From contig CBDCNP010000002.1 in assembly GCA_965219415.1 (NCBI GenBank), positions 96,001-160,000 on the forward strand: a stretch of 64,000 nt of DNA, read 5' to 3'. Positions 61,141-64,000 of the stretch are shown here, piece by piece. The notes beneath the pieces were generated by a model. It ran no database searches. It was not told the origin of the DNA and saw only the letters and a program-made list of their open reading frames with translations. The DNA comes from Candidatus Marinacidobacterales bacterium (GTDB lineage Bacteria > Acidobacteriota > Vicinamibacteria > Marinacidobacterales > DATDRI01). A program made the position numbers and the translations under genes. Positions within the stretch are counted from its first letter, which is position 1, and every line of letters begins with the position of its first letter.

Positions 61141-62153
61141 GTGGTAGCCTCGGATACCTTCGCCGACGCCTCGGGCGCACCAATAGACTCCTGCTCAGCG
61201 AGCCAGCGTTCAGAATCGATCGCAGCCATACACCCCGTACCGGCCGCCGTCACCGCCTGACGGTAGGTTGGGTCCATGGCGTCGCCACACGCGAAGACCC
61301 CCTCCAATGACGTGCGCGTCGTGCCCGACTGGACCTTGATGTAGCCGACGTCGTCGAGCTCCACGGCGCCACGCAGGAGTTCAGTGTTCGGCTTGTGACC
61401 GATGGCCACGAACAGCGCCCCAACCGTGAGCTCTGATTCTTCGTTGGTTTTGAGATTCTTGATGCGCAAGCCCGTGACTTCGTTTTCGCCCAAGACTTCG
61501 GTCACCGCGCTGTCCCAAAGAAATTCGATCTTCTCATTGTTCTTGGCGCGTTCTTGCATGATCTTCGACGCGCGAAGTTCGTCGCGGCGATGAATCACTG
61601 TCACCTTGCTGGCGTAGCGGGTAAGGAAAAGTGCTTCTTCCATTGCGGTGTCACCTCCGCCGACCACCGCCATCTCTTTGTTCCGATAGAGGGCGCCATC
61701 ACACGTGGCGCAAGCCGAGACGCCCCTATTCTGAAGGCGCTCTTCGGATTCGAGACCCAGCCACTTCGCCGTCGCCCCAGTGGCGATGATGAGCGCGTCA
61801 CAGGTGAACAGGCCTTCTCCGCTCTCTACACGAAAGGGCCGGCTCTCGACATCACACGATGTCGCGTCGGCGTACAAGACTTCGGTGCCGAAACGCTCGG
61901 CCTGCTTGCGAAAGAGATCCATCATGTCCGGACCGGTAACGCCGTCCGGAAAGCCTGGGTAATTTTCCACGTCGGTCGTCAACACGAGTTGGCCACCGGG
62001 AATGCCAATTTCTTTGTCCATCCCAGAACCGGCGAGCATGACCGGTTTGAGGTCGGCTCGCGACGCGTAGATCGCTGCGGTATAACCCCCCGGGCCACTG
62101 CCCACGATCAAGACACGCACGTGCCTCGCTTCTTTGGAACCCTGCTCACTCAT
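61137..62153 (-). CDS. trxB: Thioredoxin reductase
   Basis: GSGPGG, VENYPGF, SACATCDG, GGGDTAMEEA, FACGD, RQAVTAAG. Confidence 0.96.
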   Translation of the reverse strand: MSEQGSKEARHVRVLIVGSGPGGYTAAIYASRADLKPVMLAGSGMDKEIGIPGGQLVLTTDVENYPGFPDGVTGPDMMDLFRKQAERFGTEVLYADATSCDVESRPFRVESGEGLFTCDALIIATGATAKWLGLESEERLQNRGVSACATCDGALYRNKEMAVVGGGDTAMEEALFLTRYASKVTVIHRRDELRASKIMQERAKNNEKIEFLWDSAVTEVLGENEVTGLRIKNLKTNEESELTVGALFVAIGHKPNTELLRGAVELDDVGYIKVQSGTTRTSLEGVFACGDAMDPTYRQAVTAAGTGCMAAIDSERWLAEQESIGAPEASAKVSEATT

Positions 62154-62189
62154 GCTTTCCCTAATTTCTCCCGTACTGAGACGCAGCGT

Positions 62190-62519
62190 CTAGTTCAGAT
62201 GTTTGTCAATCAGCTTGGAGAGATTTTCCTTCGAGGTGACACCAACGACTTGCTCGGCGACTTCGCCGTTCTTGAAAATGAGCACGGTCGGGATGCCTCG
62301 AATCTGGTACTTGTCCGAGACCGAGTTGTTCTCGTCGACGTTCAACTTGCCGACCTTGGCCTTGCCTTCGTAATCGGCGGCCAAGGCATCGATGGTAGGA
62401 GCCATCATGCGGCATGGCGCGCACCATTCGGCCCAAAAATCCACCAACACTGGCTTGTCAGAGCCCAAAACCTCACTGTCCCATGTGCTGTCGGTAAAAG
62501 CGGCAACTTTGTCACTCAT
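62190..62519 (-). CDS. trxA: Thioredoxin
   Basis: VDFWAEWCAPC, IRGIPT. Confidence 0.95.
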   Translation of the reverse strand: MSDKVAAFTDSTWDSEVLGSDKPVLVDFWAEWCAPCRMMAPTIDALAADYEGKAKVGKLNVDENNSVSDKYQIRGIPTVLIFKNGEVAEQVVGVTSKENLSKLIDKHLN

Positions 62520-62714
62520 CTTCCATACATCCTCGTTCCAACTCGCCGGTTGTGATTAATACAGGATATCGCAAACGCACGATGCAAGTGTGTGAACTCA
62601 TTCACCGAGGTGGTCCTTCGACTCTAGTGCCTAGCCCGGTTCTTCTCAAGCTAACAAACAGCTCTTACGAAGTCAACTCGACGAGCACCGGGCGAAGAGT
62701 GCTATCCTCTTGAA

Positions 62715-63566
62715 ATGATGGGACCTAGCAGCCCGGCTCGTCACTTCCAAGCGAGCCGTTCCCGAGGGCAGAGCTTCCTTCGAGACAAAGGGGTCGTGGC
62801 GCGCATCGTCGAGGCGATCGACCCCCGACCAGACCAGACGTTCCTTGAGATCGGCGCGGGTGCCGGGGAGCTGACCATGCCTCTGGCATCCCGGGGCGCG
62901 GCTCGAGTGCTTGCTGTCGAGACCGACCGCATACTTTACGAGAAACTCGCCTCGACGCTACAAAAGGGTGAGACTTGGAAGGAAATCGAGCTCATCCACG
63001 CCGACTTTCTCAACCTTGATCTGCAGAAATTGTTGTCAGAGCGCGACATTGCGCGGGTGCGGGTGGTCGGAAACCTACCGTTTTCCGTCGCCTCTCCCAT
63101 ACTGCTCAAGCTCCTCGCCCACCGAGAAAAGCTCGTCGACCTCACGCTGATGTTTCAACTCGAGGTTGCACAACGTCTGACGGCGGTGCCGGCCACCAAG
63201 GCCTACGGCTTCCTGACGGTCGTGGCCCAGCAGGCTGCGAAGGCAGAGCTCTTGTTCTCGATCCCGCCCCAGGCCTTCAACCCGCGCCCGAAGGTTCACG
63301 CCGCCATGGTGAGTTTGGTCCCTCTCGGGAAGGATGAGCCACCGGTTGGCGACTACGACGTTTTTCGGGCCGTCGTTCGTGGCCTTTTAAGCCATCGCCG
63401 CAAGAATATCTCCAACAATATCAAATACTTAGGGTCTGGGCGCGTGAATGCGTCCGCGATACAAAGCGGACTCGTCAAGATGGGTATCGACCCCGGCCGC
63501 CGGGCCGAAACCCTTTCAGTAGAGGAATTTGCCACCCTTAGCCAGTTTTGCGCTTCTCCACCATAG
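62715..63566 (+). CDS. rsmA: 16S rRNA m6,2A1518/1519 dimethyltransferase
   Basis: GQSFL, LEIGAGAG, VGNLPF, MFQLEVAQRL, PRPKV, RAETLS. Confidence 0.93.
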   Translation: MMGPSSPARHFQASRSRGQSFLRDKGVVARIVEAIDPRPDQTFLEIGAGAGELTMPLASRGAARVLAVETDRILYEKLASTLQKGETWKEIELIHADFLNLDLQKLLSERDIARVRVVGNLPFSVASPILLKLLAHREKLVDLTLMFQLEVAQRLTAVPATKAYGFLTVVAQQAAKAELLFSIPPQAFNPRPKVHAAMVSLVPLGKDEPPVGDYDVFRAVVRGLLSHRRKNISNNIKYLGSGRVNASAIQSGLVKMGIDPGRRAETLSVEEFATLSQFCASPP

Positions 63567-63700
63567 GATGTTCTGCTAGTATTGAAGTGGTTTCTTAGCT
63601 CTAGGCGGCTAACCCCTTATCGCTAAATGGTGTGCTTGGGGGCGCCCCTGGTCGGCTTTAATGGCAATGCCCCATTTGGGCGCTGCTCAGGTGACGATCC

Positions 63701-64000
63701 GTGACTGAATCCGCGCGCCCCCCAGTCGAAATCATCCCCCTGGGCGGGCTAGGCGAGTTCGGCCTCAACATGATGGTCATCAGTATGGGGGACACGTGTT
63801 TCGTGGTGGATGTCGGTGTGATGTTTCCGGACAGCGAATTGCTGGGCGTGGACTTGGTCATTCCTGACATGTCGTACGTCTTCGAGAACCGGGAGCGAGT
63901 CAAGGGTATCTTCTTGACCCATGGGCATGAGGACCACATCGGCGCTCTCCCTTACCTACTGAGCGAGATGCAAGTGCCGGTCTACGGCACGCGGCTGACG
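63701..64000 (+). CDS. rnj: Ribonuclease J, 5' part (runs off the window)
   Basis: IIPLGGLGEFGLNM, VDVGVMFP, GVDLVIPD, LTHGHEDHIGALPY. Confidence 0.93.
   Translation, partial: MTESARPPVEIIPLGGLGEFGLNMMVISMGDTCFVVDVGVMFPDSELLGVDLVIPDMSYVFENRERVKGIFLTHGHEDHIGALPYLLSEMQVPVYGTRLT

Overview
GC-rich bacterial chromosomal window, most consistent with an Acidobacteriota (Vicinamibacteria-like) genome; the taxonomy is inferred from protein families only. Intact housekeeping genes include dacB, pncB, pncA, miaE, hflKC, valS, ileS, purA, trxAB, rsmA, the 5' part of rnj, tRNA-Glu and tRNA-Lys. About 14 accessory genes are frameshifted, truncated or rearranged. Highlights: (1) two selenoproteins hidden by in-frame TGA codons in UxxC motifs, a two-domain thioredoxin-fold oxidoreductase (20660-21334) and a DsrE-family protein (41397-41759); (2) two inverted IS256-family copies flanking a 3.1-kb inverted segment, shown by a split 8-bp target duplication and a split PQQ-dependent sugar dehydrogenase gene; (3) a ~167-bp micro-inversion inside a TonB-dependent receptor pseudogene; (4) an IleRS with a ~110-aa insertion after a KESKS motif; (5) a scar region 3' of tRNA-Glu containing a kinase C-terminal remnant, a perfect 17-bp inverted repeat and a long hairpin; (6) a truncated ISL3 element with an A7 slippery site. 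No CRISPR array or rRNA was seen. All family assignments come from motif recognition by eye, not database searches.
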